A DNA stretch of 64,000 bases from a virus, in the IMG/VR virus record IMGVR_UViG_3300025128_006599, positions 12,489 to 76,488 of that record; one strand, written 5' to 3'. Under the pieces are notes generated by a model, which was not told the DNA's origin, did not search any database, and worked only from the letters and a program-made list of their open reading frames with translations. Positions 28,247-37,566 of this stretch are shown piece after piece; within the stretch, counting starts at the first letter, position 1; each line of letters begins with the position of its first letter. Position numbers and translations under genes: made by a program.

Positions 28247-29051
28247 GAATAATAAATACGAAAAGTTAGATTTTAATATATCTACAAAAGTTCTTAGAAG
28301 TAAGGATTCTAATATAGGAATAGTCTATGCAATGAAACAAGGAAGTTGTTCATTAAATACTATTATAGACAACCATCCTGAAACATTTGAAGTGGTTACA
28401 CAAAATATTCTAAATACTGATTTTACATTTATCATCCCACTTAGGTCTCCTTATGAAAAGTGGGTGTCTGGAAATTTACAAGATTTAGAATCTTTGAAGT
28501 TAGATTCTAATATATATGAACAAATGCACTATGAATCACCAGATAAGGTGATACATAAATATTTTGAAAGCTTTGATTTAAAACACATCAGCCGGCATGC
28601 ACGTTTAAGTAGGTGGACATCTAATTTTACTTTTAATTTAGTTAAATTATATGAATTGGAAAATGTTTATTTTATAAATGTAAAAGATTTATCTAAACCT
28701 TCTCTCATTGAGTGGATGAGTAAAAGGGATAAAAATTGGTCTGTAGTGAAAGAGATTTATAAAACTAATGTTTCAAGTGAAAGTAATGAAAAGATAATGT
28801 ATTCGGATTATATCAAACAAATAAGTAGCAGAAGATTTGATGAAGTTGAAGGGGATGTTCGTTTGAATGCAAATGACGATGAAATCTTTAATATATTTTA
28901 TGGAAAGTTCCAAAAATATCCTAATAATCCAAAACAATTTCATAGCAAAAAAGACTTTCAAGCAATTGAAAGTTTATTAGAATCATTTTTTGATTTAGAA
29001 ACATCCGTAATAGAGATGATTAGAAAAAGTGATAAGTTTATAAAGTTATAA
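28239..29051 (+). CDS. Divergent sulfotransferase-like protein (paralog of 6474-7445)
   Basis: KQGSCSL, LRSPYEKWVSG, NVYFINVKDLSKPSLIEW..DKNW shared with 6474. Confidence 0.5.
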   Translation: MSKNNKYEKLDFNISTKVLRSKDSNIGIVYAMKQGSCSLNTIIDNHPETFEVVTQNILNTDFTFIIPLRSPYEKWVSGNLQDLESLKLDSNIYEQMHYESPDKVIHKYFESFDLKHISRHARLSRWTSNFTFNLVKLYELENVYFINVKDLSKPSLIEWMSKRDKNWSVVKEIYKTNVSSESNEKIMYSDYIKQISSRRFDEVEGDVRLNANDDEIFNIFYGKFQKYPNNPKQFHSKKDFQAIESLLESFFDLETSVIEMIRKSDKFIKL

Positions 29052-29785
29052 TGAAAAAGACAAGACAACAATTTAATATAGTGATTCCAATGGCAGGTCG
29101 TGGTTCACGATTTGAAGAACAAGGATATATAGACAAAAAACCATTTATTGATGTGAATGGAAAACCAATGGTACATAGAGTGATTGAGAACTTAGGTATA
29201 GAGTTTAATACAGATTATTTGTTTGTTTTGATTTGTTTACAAGAAGATTTTGATAAGTATGATTTTACAGAATTTGAAAACGTCATTGGTCATAGTGCAT
29301 ATGATGTTGTGATATTAGATGATGTTACTGAGGGAGCAGCACAAACAATACTGACAGCAAAAGACTTAATCAATAACGATACACCAATGTTAAGTTTAAA
29401 CACCGACCAAATGATAGACTATAATTCAGAAAAAATGTGGGGATTGGCAAAACATTGTGATGGATTTATTCCTTGTTTTTATGGGGATAGTACAGATTGG
29501 AGTTACGCTAGATGTGGTCAAGATGGCTATGTAGAAGAAGTTGCAGAAAAGAAAGTCATTTCAAACAACGCAACAGCAGGATATTACTATTGGAGTAAAG
29601 GTAGTGATTTCGTAAAATATGCAGAACAAATGATTGAACAGAATAGTAGAACTAACGGAGAGTTTTATGTGGCACCAGTTTACAATTGGGCAATCAAAGA
29701 TGGAAAGAAAATAGGTATCGGTATGGTTGATGAAATATATGAATTAGGAACACCAGAATATTTAGAGGAATATCTTAATGTATAG
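29051..29785 (+). CDS. Sugar-phosphate nucleotidyltransferase (NTP_transferase / GT-A fold)
   Basis: IVIPMAGRGSRF..KPFI..GKPM, TEGAA, AEKKVIS, NGEFYVAPVYN, LGTPE. Confidence 0.85.
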   Translation: MKKTRQQFNIVIPMAGRGSRFEEQGYIDKKPFIDVNGKPMVHRVIENLGIEFNTDYLFVLICLQEDFDKYDFTEFENVIGHSAYDVVILDDVTEGAAQTILTAKDLINNDTPMLSLNTDQMIDYNSEKMWGLAKHCDGFIPCFYGDSTDWSYARCGQDGYVEEVAEKKVISNNATAGYYYWSKGSDFVKYAEQMIEQNSRTNGEFYVAPVYNWAIKDGKKIGIGMVDEIYELGTPEYLEEYLNV

Positions 29786-30431
29786 TAAAGTTGTTAGCAT
29801 TGGTTGTAGTTTTTCAAATGAAATGGAAGAATATAGTGGAGTTAAATTAACCTATGGTGATTTTATTGCAAAACATTATAATGTAGAACATATTAATCTT
29901 GCAGAAAATGGGTTTTCAAATTATGGGATTTATAGAAAATCAATACAATGGTGTTTAGATAACATTGAGAACAGAAAAGATGCTTTATTTATTGTTGGGT
30001 TAACCTCTCATCTTAGATTTGAAATGTGGACAAATAGATATGGGTTACTTACAAAGTTTAATTGGGGTCACTTAACCGAACATCCACACTTAAAAGAATT
30101 AGGGTGGAAGAAAAAAGAAATTGAAAAATTTCAATTTGATTTTTTTGATACTATAGGAGATCATCGGCAAGATCAATCCAAACTGTTGATAATAGGATTG
30201 AGTTCTTTTTTTAAAAGTATGAATATTGATTATTTGATGTTTCCGGCTTTGTATGCGCCAAGTGTAAAAAACATTGGTACTTTTCAAGAATGTAATATTC
30301 ATTATTACAATGAACAATTTGAATCATTTATAATAGATAACAAATTAGCTTGTGATAAAGATAATTGGCACCCCAATCAAAAAGCACATAAACTATGGAG
30401 TAAAAAACTACTACAATGTTTAAACCAATAA
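29778..30431 (+). CDS. SGNH/GDSL-like protein
   Basis: SIGCSFS, NLAENGFSN, VGLTSHLRFE, WHPNQKAHKLW. Confidence 0.7.
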   Translation: MYSKVVSIGCSFSNEMEEYSGVKLTYGDFIAKHYNVEHINLAENGFSNYGIYRKSIQWCLDNIENRKDALFIVGLTSHLRFEMWTNRYGLLTKFNWGHLTEHPHLKELGWKKKEIEKFQFDFFDTIGDHRQDQSKLLIIGLSSFFKSMNIDYLMFPALYAPSVKNIGTFQECNIHYYNEQFESFIIDNKLACDKDNWHPNQKAHKLWSKKLLQCLNQ

Positions 30432-31351
30432 CATACGCATATTTAGAAACCACTAACTATTGTAATTTAGATTGTAGTTTTTGCAACCGAATGGATGTAA
30501 TCGGCCCACTTAAACACATGAGTTTAGAAGATTGGGGTAAGTTACTTGATGGTATAAAACATCATCCAATAGAAGAAGCAAAACTTATGGGGATGGGAGA
30601 ACCAATGTTACATCCACAATTCGATGAAGTGTGTAGAATATTTAAAGAAGTATTTCCAAATTGTAAATTAATTGTTGCAACAAATTGTCAATATAATATT
30701 AAAGAGGGGTTAGAGTTTAGAAGGAAGTTTCAAGAATGTTTGAAGTATATTGATGTGTTGTATTTCAGTATTGATGGTTGGGGTGAAAGTTATGAGAGAG
30801 ACAGAGCACCAGCAAAATGGAAAAAACTAATTAAGTTTTTAAAAGATTTTGAAACAATAAATCGTTATGATTGTGATTGTGTTGTAAATTATGTTGTAAA
30901 TGCTTATAATGTTGATGATATAGAAAAGGTAGATAACCTCAGAAAAGAAAATAATTTAGGAATGTTAAGATTAAACATTGCTCAGATTTGGGATGAAGAT
31001 ATAAAGATGAGCGATGATTTAGCAACATCAGGTTATACGACAGAACAATTAGATTATTTGAAAATTAATTGGAGTGATAACATTATGGGTAAATCCAAAT
31101 GGGACTTTAAAGATTGTTTTTGGGTAAATAATGGTATTTATACTACCGTAGAGGGTGATGTAAAAATGTGTTGTATGAATACAGGTGCTAAACCATTTGG
31201 TAATTTATTTGAAAACTCTATTGATGAAATAAGACTTATGGAAGATTATCAGAATGTTAAGAAAGGTTGTAACACAAACAATCCTACATTACATTGTAAA
31301 AATTGTTCATATAAAGAATTAGTTCCAATATTGGATTACGTAGGAGTGTGA
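30416..31351 (+). CDS. Radical SAM/SPASM-domain protein
   Basis: CNLDCSFC, GMGEP, FSIDG, CFW..GDVKMCC..GN..CKNC. Confidence 0.9.
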   Translation: MFKPITYAYLETTNYCNLDCSFCNRMDVIGPLKHMSLEDWGKLLDGIKHHPIEEAKLMGMGEPMLHPQFDEVCRIFKEVFPNCKLIVATNCQYNIKEGLEFRRKFQECLKYIDVLYFSIDGWGESYERDRAPAKWKKLIKFLKDFETINRYDCDCVVNYVVNAYNVDDIEKVDNLRKENNLGMLRLNIAQIWDEDIKMSDDLATSGYTTEQLDYLKINWSDNIMGKSKWDFKDCFWVNNGIYTTVEGDVKMCCMNTGAKPFGNLFENSIDEIRLMEDYQNVKKGCNTNNPTLHCKNCSYKELVPILDYVGV

Positions 31352-32367
31352 TGAAGCACTATTTAAAAAATATAAAAAGAAAATTTGATACAGATGATAA
31401 ATCTAAGTATGATTTTGTATTGAATCAAAGTGAAAGAACACAACCGATACCCGATTTTGCAAAGTTTTTACAGACTATTACTCAAGAAGATTTTTTTTAT
31501 TATCCAAATACTGAAGAATTTAAATTTAAACTGGGAATGTGGTATGGTGTACAAACTAATCAGATTTTTTTAAGTGCTGGTTCTGATATAGGAATAAAGT
31601 CTGTTTTTGAAACGTTTACAGATGGTGGTAGAGTTGTAACTTCAAATCCATCATTTCCAATGTACAAAGTGTATAGTGAATTGTATCAATGTGAATACTT
31701 TGGAATACCACACGAAAAGGATTACACGATATCTATGGAAAAGATATTGTCCAATATTACACACGATACAGATTTAGTTATTTTGGCAAATCCAAATAGT
31801 CCAATGGGAGAGTATAAATCTTTCGATGAAATACGAATATTATTAGAACAAGATGTACCTGTATTAATTGATGAGGCATACATAGAATTTACCGATAAAG
31901 ATAGTGTGTTAAAATACATTCACGAATATCCTAATTTAATTGTTACAAGAACTTTCTCAAAAGGATTTGGAGCAGCAGGATGTAGAGTTGGTTGTGTGAT
32001 TTCACATGAAAATAATATTGAGTTGATAAGTAAATTTAGGCATATGTATGAGATTACAGGAGTGTCTATGAAGTATTGTGAATTTTTATTGAATAACCAC
32101 AATTTGGTTGATATTTATATAGAGAGTGTAAAGAAAGAAAAGAAAAAATTAGTTTCAATGTTAAATGGTTATGATGTCATAGATTCTAATTGTAATTGGA
32201 TACATTTTAATACAAAAGATGATAATTTAAAAACTAAACAAATATTTGATAAACATAAAGTTTTGGTTAAGTATTGTAAACTTCCACACGATGATAGAAA
32301 AAATTGGTGCAGATTAACAATACAACCAAATTTAACAAAAGAAAAATTTATAAAGGAATTGTTATGA
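31348..32367 (+). CDS. PLP-dependent class I/II enzyme (HisC/CobD-like)
   Basis: AGSD, PSFPMY, ANPNSPMG, IDEAY, RTFSKGFGAAGCRVG. Confidence 0.85.
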   Translation: MMKHYLKNIKRKFDTDDKSKYDFVLNQSERTQPIPDFAKFLQTITQEDFFYYPNTEEFKFKLGMWYGVQTNQIFLSAGSDIGIKSVFETFTDGGRVVTSNPSFPMYKVYSELYQCEYFGIPHEKDYTISMEKILSNITHDTDLVILANPNSPMGEYKSFDEIRILLEQDVPVLIDEAYIEFTDKDSVLKYIHEYPNLIVTRTFSKGFGAAGCRVGCVISHENNIELISKFRHMYEITGVSMKYCEFLLNNHNLVDIYIESVKKEKKKLVSMLNGYDVIDSNCNWIHFNTKDDNLKTKQIFDKHKVLVKYCKLPHDDRKNWCRLTIQPNLTKEKFIKELL

Positions 32368-33197
32368 ATAAGAAATTTCTAAAGAAAAAACGAAATCAAA
32401 TCATAGAAGATATGTTTGAAATGTGTATTAAGGCAGGTGATGGTCACGTTACTTCGTGTCTTTCTTGTGCAGATATAATGACCTTATTGTTTTATGGTGG
32501 ATATGTTAATCATAATCCTAAAAATCCACAATGGAATAAAAGGGACAGATTTATATTGAGTAAGGCTCAGGCAAGTCCTATTTTTTATACTATTTTAGCA
32601 GACAGAGGTTATTTTGATAAAAAAGAAATGGATAAGTTTGCACAACAAGATGGAATATTTGGAGTTCATTTACAAAGTGATGTACCAGGTGCAGAAATAT
32701 CTGCAGGTTCACTTGGACACGGATTTGGATTGGCCTCTGGTATTGCGTTAAGTGCAAAACTTAATACAGAATTGTATTTGACTTATTGTTTGTTGGGTGA
32801 TGGGGAACTATATGAGGGTTCTGTATGGGAAACTGCAATGTTTGCATCACATCATAGATTAAATAATTTAGTTGCTATTGTAGATAGGAACTCACAATGT
32901 ACTCTTGACTTTACAGAAAATATTGTTAAGTTGGAACCAATTGAAGATAAATGGAAATCATTTGGTTGGGAAGTTAAACGAGTTGATGGACACAATTTGA
33001 AAGAATTACAACGTGTATTCAAGTATGTAAGGGCTAGAAGAAGTGATAAACCTTTAGTGATTATAGCAGATACTGTAAAAGGAAAAGGTATTGATTATTT
33101 ATCATATAAACCATTATGGCATGGTGGAACACCAATTAAAGATGAAGATGTGAACGCATCAAGAAAAGATTTACAAAGGAGTGTTCAAAATGGGTAA
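32364..33197 (+). CDS. Transketolase-like, N-terminal TPP-binding subunit
   Basis: GHVTSCLS, RDRFILSK, AGSLGHG, LGDGELYEGSVWE..DRN. ATG 32364 with AAGGA upstream. Confidence 0.9.
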   Translation: MNKKFLKKKRNQIIEDMFEMCIKAGDGHVTSCLSCADIMTLLFYGGYVNHNPKNPQWNKRDRFILSKAQASPIFYTILADRGYFDKKEMDKFAQQDGIFGVHLQSDVPGAEISAGSLGHGFGLASGIALSAKLNTELYLTYCLLGDGELYEGSVWETAMFASHHRLNNLVAIVDRNSQCTLDFTENIVKLEPIEDKWKSFGWEVKRVDGHNLKELQRVFKYVRARRSDKPLVIIADTVKGKGIDYLSYKPLWHGGTPIKDEDVNASRKDLQRSVQNG

Positions 33198-34131
33198 AAA
33201 TACCAAAAGTACTATTTTAAATCAAAAATATAGTCAAAGAGATGCATTTTTTACAAAAGTGTATGAAATGATGAAAGACGATAGTGATATTGTTATAGTT
33301 GTAGCAGATCAAGGAGCACCAATATTTGATAAGGTAAGACGAGATTTTCCTCATAGATTTTTTAATGTAGGAATTGCAGAACAACAAGCCGTTCTACTTG
33401 CATCTGGATTGGCCAAAGAAGGTAAAAAAGTTTTTGTTTATGCAATTTCAACATTTATGATAATGAGATGTTATGAACAAATAAGAGTTTCTCAAGGTGT
33501 GATGAAATTACCAATCACGATAGTTGGAGTTGGTAGTGGATATAGTTATGATGATTCAGGCCCAACACATCATATGTTAGAGGATATTTCTATTATGAGA
33601 GTTTTACCACATATGACAATTAATAGTATTACAGATAATGTAATGGCAAAAATGATAGCAGAAGAATCTGTAAATATGAATACACCAAATTATGTTAGAT
33701 TGGATAGACATATAAGACCAGATATTTATAAAGATGATGACGATCTTTCATTTGGTTATAATGTTTTAGAAGAAGGTACAGATGGTTATTTTATTTCAAC
33801 GGGCATAATGACTGATGTGGCAATACAACATTATGATGGAAAATTAGGTATAATTGATTTACATACCATTCCTTGTCACGAAAGTTCCCTTTCAGAAATT
33901 ATACAGGATAAAAAAGTAATTACACTTGAAGAACACTTTTTGCCTGGTGGTTTAGGAAGTTATGTTTTAGAGATTATTTCAGATAACGATTTAAATACAA
34001 GAGTAAGACGAATAGGATTAAAACAGGCATACATTTATCGTTATGGTGGTAGACAAGATAATTGGGATTATCATGGATTAAAATCCTCAAATATTATTAA
34101 AATAAAGGATGAGTTTCTTGAGAGAATATGA
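33190..34131 (+). CDS. Transketolase-like, C-terminal subunit
   Basis: FFNVGIAEQ, RCYEQIR, GPTHH..ED, YVRL, ITLEEH..GGLGS. Confidence 0.9.
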   Translation: MGKNTKSTILNQKYSQRDAFFTKVYEMMKDDSDIVIVVADQGAPIFDKVRRDFPHRFFNVGIAEQQAVLLASGLAKEGKKVFVYAISTFMIMRCYEQIRVSQGVMKLPITIVGVGSGYSYDDSGPTHHMLEDISIMRVLPHMTINSITDNVMAKMIAEESVNMNTPNYVRLDRHIRPDIYKDDDDLSFGYNVLEEGTDGYFISTGIMTDVAIQHYDGKLGIIDLHTIPCHESSLSEIIQDKKVITLEEHFLPGGLGSYVLEIISDNDLNTRVRRIGLKQAYIYRYGGRQDNWDYHGLKSSNIIKIKDEFLERI

Positions 34132-35066
34132 ATAAGCAAAAAACGTTAATTGGGGTTGGTTGCTCACATACACAAGGAAGTGCGTTTATAGTTGGGCCAG
34201 AAACTCCAGATGAAAATGGTATGTATGAATTGGCCTCATCACAATTAAAGGAAAAATATAAAACAGATAAGGTTGATGAAAAGTTTATAACTAATCTGTC
34301 TTGGGTTGGTAAGTTAAATAAATATTTAAAGTATGACAGAGTTCTAAACTTTGGACTTGGTGGTAGAGGATTAGAGCCAAATATCAGAAGTCTAAGAAGT
34401 TATGCATATAAAGTTAAAGATTTATCAAATCATTTAATTGTAATTATGCCGGCACCCGCGACAAGAAAAGAAGTTTTACATTTAAATCCTAAAAAAGAAT
34501 ATACAGGTGACTTTTTTAATGATACAAGTGACCATGAAACTATACAAAGACAGAGTAATTATGTATTAGATGGACATTTAACAAATGGGATTGAAGATAT
34601 ACATCCAAACGCTAATTTAAAGAAAAGTTATTTTGAAAACTATTATCATGAAGAATATTTTGAGTATATATCTATAATGGACTTGTATTATTTACAAGAC
34701 TATTTAGAATTAAAGGGTGCAAAAGTTTTCATTTGTGTGACTCTTGCTGGATATGGGGCTCCAGAAATATCCGTTGAATATTATTATGAGAAATTAATTA
34801 GTAATTCAAATAAATGGTATGAGTTTTTTACACCAGAACATTCATTTCATACAGAATTACAAACTCCACCTAATATTAAAGAGGTTATAAAAAAGATTAA
34901 TTGGTTATTTTCAATCAGTACAGATGAATCTCTTTATTTATCAGCAAAAAAAGAGGGATTTAATTTACATGAAGCTGGATTAGTTCATGATGATAGACAT
35001 TTAACAGAACTTGGTAATGAAATATTGGCTCAAGGGTTGTATAGTGAGTTGAAAAAATATGAATAA
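34128..35066 (+). CDS. SGNH/GDSL-like protein
   Basis: GVGCSHTQG, NFGLGGRG, DDRHLTELGNEILA. Confidence 0.6.
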   Translation: MNKQKTLIGVGCSHTQGSAFIVGPETPDENGMYELASSQLKEKYKTDKVDEKFITNLSWVGKLNKYLKYDRVLNFGLGGRGLEPNIRSLRSYAYKVKDLSNHLIVIMPAPATRKEVLHLNPKKEYTGDFFNDTSDHETIQRQSNYVLDGHLTNGIEDIHPNANLKKSYFENYYHEEYFEYISIMDLYYLQDYLELKGAKVFICVTLAGYGAPEISVEYYYEKLISNSNKWYEFFTPEHSFHTELQTPPNIKEVIKKINWLFSISTDESLYLSAKKEGFNLHEAGLVHDDRHLTELGNEILAQGLYSELKKYE

Positions 35067-35814
35067 ATTACACTTTTCTGATGAAGATACAAATTTATTA
35101 AGAACCGAAAAATATTTAAAAAAGTTTGATAGAAAAAAGACGTTACGATATTTAATTGATATTGATAATCCAACAATATTTGATTTAGGTGCAAATAACG
35201 GTAAAAGTACAGTTGATTTTAAAAATATTTGGTCTAATTCAGTAATTCATAGTTTTGAACCACAACAAGAATGTTGGAATGAATTTAATAAAAATTTGAA
35301 ACATTGCAATGATGATAGTGTTATTTTAAATAAGGTTGCGGTAGGTAATGTTTCTGACAATAGTAAAAGATTTTATACACACGATATAAGCACTGGTTTG
35401 GCTGGATTCAATAAAATAAATACTAAAAGTGGTGATTCCATTGATATAAATAAATTGAAACAGGGTGGTGTCAATCACGAAAGAAATGTACAGGTTATCA
35501 GACTTGATAATTATATGAATGATAATAATATTGAAATGGTAAATTTAGTTAAAATAGATTGTCAAGGATTTGAACCAGAAATACTTGAAGGATTTGGAAA
35601 TAGATTATCAGACGTTGAGGTGGTGGTTACCGAACTTATGTTATATGATTTATACGAACGTAGTTTATCCTTTAGTGAGATTGAAAAATTTTTAATACCA
35701 AATGGGTTTCAACTATATGATATTACTCATATAGCTAAAAATCCAATGAATGGTAGAACTGATTGGGTTGATGTGTTATATTTAAATACTACAAGGAGAA
35801 AATATCATGATTAA
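35059..35814 (+). CDS. FkbM-family methyltransferase
   Basis: IFDLGANNG, HSFEP, RLDNY, LVKIDCQGFEPEILEG. Confidence 0.9.
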   Translation: MNKLHFSDEDTNLLRTEKYLKKFDRKKTLRYLIDIDNPTIFDLGANNGKSTVDFKNIWSNSVIHSFEPQQECWNEFNKNLKHCNDDSVILNKVAVGNVSDNSKRFYTHDISTGLAGFNKINTKSGDSIDINKLKQGGVNHERNVQVIRLDNYMNDNNIEMVNLVKIDCQGFEPEILEGFGNRLSDVEVVVTELMLYDLYERSLSFSEIEKFLIPNGFQLYDITHIAKNPMNGRTDWVDVLYLNTTRRKYHD

Positions 35815-35911
35815 ATGGATTAAAAATTTTTATTTAAAAATAAAATTAAATTATCGGTATAAAAAGAAATTAAAAGAACTTAGAAAACGAGATCCGTTTA
35901 TTTATAAATAG
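35807..35911 (+). CDS. Very small basic protein, 34 aa (absent from ORF track)
   Basis: AAGGAG SD; MIKWIKNFYLKIKLNYRYKKKLKELRKRDPFIYK fills the gap exactly. Confidence 0.7.
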   Translation: MIKWIKNFYLKIKLNYRYKKKLKELRKRDPFIYK

Positions 35912-35919
35912 GAGATATT

Positions 35920-36327
35920 ATGAAACGAAAATGGTTACCAACATTAGGTGAACTAATAGATAGACTTAGTATACATCAGTTAAAAGAAGTTTTCATACCA
36001 GAGAACAAGAAGAATTATGCTAAAGAGATGGGTGATATGGTTCATGATATTGATTTAATTATCAAAGAAAACGATGGAAAGATAGATGGTGAATTTATCA
36101 GAGCAGTCATTGTTCTTGCACAAATGAACGCACACATTTGGTATAATGAATCACAAGTTCGTAAAGGTGAAAAGGGTAGTGATAATCTTATGTTAACTCA
36201 TGGATTAAATGGAATTAGAAATACTGCTATCAATAAAATTATGGAAGTGGTTGGTGGTAGAAAAGACTACAAAATAGATTGTATTGCAGCAGATTTTAAA
36301 GATTGGGAAGTCAGTTGGGAAGACTAA
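35920..36327 (+). CDS. Hypothetical helical protein (possibly DUF4254-like)
   Basis: TLGELIDRLSI..LK motif; AGGAG SD. Confidence 0.6.
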   Translation: MKRKWLPTLGELIDRLSIHQLKEVFIPENKKNYAKEMGDMVHDIDLIIKENDGKIDGEFIRAVIVLAQMNAHIWYNESQVRKGEKGSDNLMLTHGLNGIRNTAINKIMEVVGGRKDYKIDCIAADFKDWEVSWED

Positions 36328-36890
36328 ACCTAATTAAAAACAACAAACTTACAAAATTATCTGGTAAATCATTAGAGGTTTTAAATCACGAAAAAAATAA
36401 ACTTGAATTAAAAAACAATGAATTGTTTGATGTTTGTTACTTTAGTATTGATGATTATGATTTACAATTACCGACTACCTTTCAAAAAATTCCATCGAAA
36501 ACTATTAAAGTATTCAAGAAAAAAATAATCAAAGTTAGAAATGATGATGAACAATGGAATGATGTTCAAGGTATAAAAGATACGGGTGGTAATAAAGATA
36601 AAGATATGAGTACAATTGTCTCAAGTTATGATGCACAAAAAACTAAGAAAATTATCAATAACAATTTGACATTTCAAACACTTACTATATTTACACCTAA
36701 TTATTGGTATTGTAATTCAGTTGAATTTACTGCCATCTCACAATATTACAAAAGTGGATATGATACTTTTGCAAAAAAATATTGGGAACTTTGGTATGAA
36801 TTACAAGGACAATATTTGATTACACAAAAAGAAAAAAAATATTTACCATTTGTAAATTATATAAAAAGATTAGGATTTAATTATGAGTAA
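36303..36890 (+). CDS. Hypothetical protein (start uncertain)
   Basis: Fills the gap between coupled genes. Confidence 0.5.
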   Translation: MGSQLGRLNLIKNNKLTKLSGKSLEVLNHEKNKLELKNNELFDVCYFSIDDYDLQLPTTFQKIPSKTIKVFKKKIIKVRNDDEQWNDVQGIKDTGGNKDKDMSTIVSSYDAQKTKKIINNNLTFQTLTIFTPNYWYCNSVEFTAISQYYKSGYDTFAKKYWELWYELQGQYLITQKEKKYLPFVNYIKRLGFNYE

Positions 36891-37566
36891 AGTGGCGGTT
36901 TGTTTGGCAGGTGAAATGAGATATTGGGAAGTTATGAATCCCATTTACAAATCTTGGGATGTTGATTTTTTTGTATCTACTTGGGACACTACTAATCGTA
37001 AAGAAGACAATTATCCATACAAGTTTCACGGAAATACAGATATAAATGATGATATATTAAAAACTTTGAGTCCAAAAGGATATGAATTTTTATCAAAAGA
37101 GGTAGAGAATAAATTTGAATTTAATATGCCAAAATATTATTATTTAGTTTACAGAAGTAATTTATTAAAAACACAATATGAATTAGATAATAATTTTAAA
37201 TACGATTGTGTATTAATGACAAGGCCCGATGTTTATTATAGTAAAAATTTAATCAGACAACTCCAATCAAAAAAACTTGATGAATTAGTTTTATATTCTG
37301 GACCAGTAAATTACCAAGAGGAATTTTTTGGAATAGGGATGAATGATCTTGCAGCATATGGAACATCGGCCACAATGGATATATTTTCATCACTCTACAA
37401 ACATCAGTATTTAAGTGGTAATCACAATATGTTACCAATTGGACACTCAATAATTCCACACTATTTAAAATATGTTGGTTTGGATTTAGGTAGAAGAGAA
37501 GTATATCAAAATGTCATCAATAAAATTAGAAGACCAGACGAGTATGAACGACTTAAACGAAATTGA
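36883..37566 (+). CDS. Putative glycosyltransferase-like protein of capsule clusters
   Basis: KVAVCLAGEMR, DFFVSTWD, KYDCVLMTRPD, ND..AYG. Confidence 0.6.
   Translation: MSKVAVCLAGEMRYWEVMNPIYKSWDVDFFVSTWDTTNRKEDNYPYKFHGNTDINDDILKTLSPKGYEFLSKEVENKFEFNMPKYYYLVYRSNLLKTQYELDNNFKYDCVLMTRPDVYYSKNLIRQLQSKKLDELVLYSGPVNYQEEFFGIGMNDLAAYGTSATMDIFSSLYKHQYLSGNHNMLPIGHSIIPHYLKYVGLDLGRREVYQNVINKIRRPDEYERLKRN

Noticed and set aside
32364-34131. Transketolase as a central-carbon auxiliary metabolic gene
   Set aside because: Split form within a sugar-nucleotide operon and no other pentose-phosphate genes nearby.
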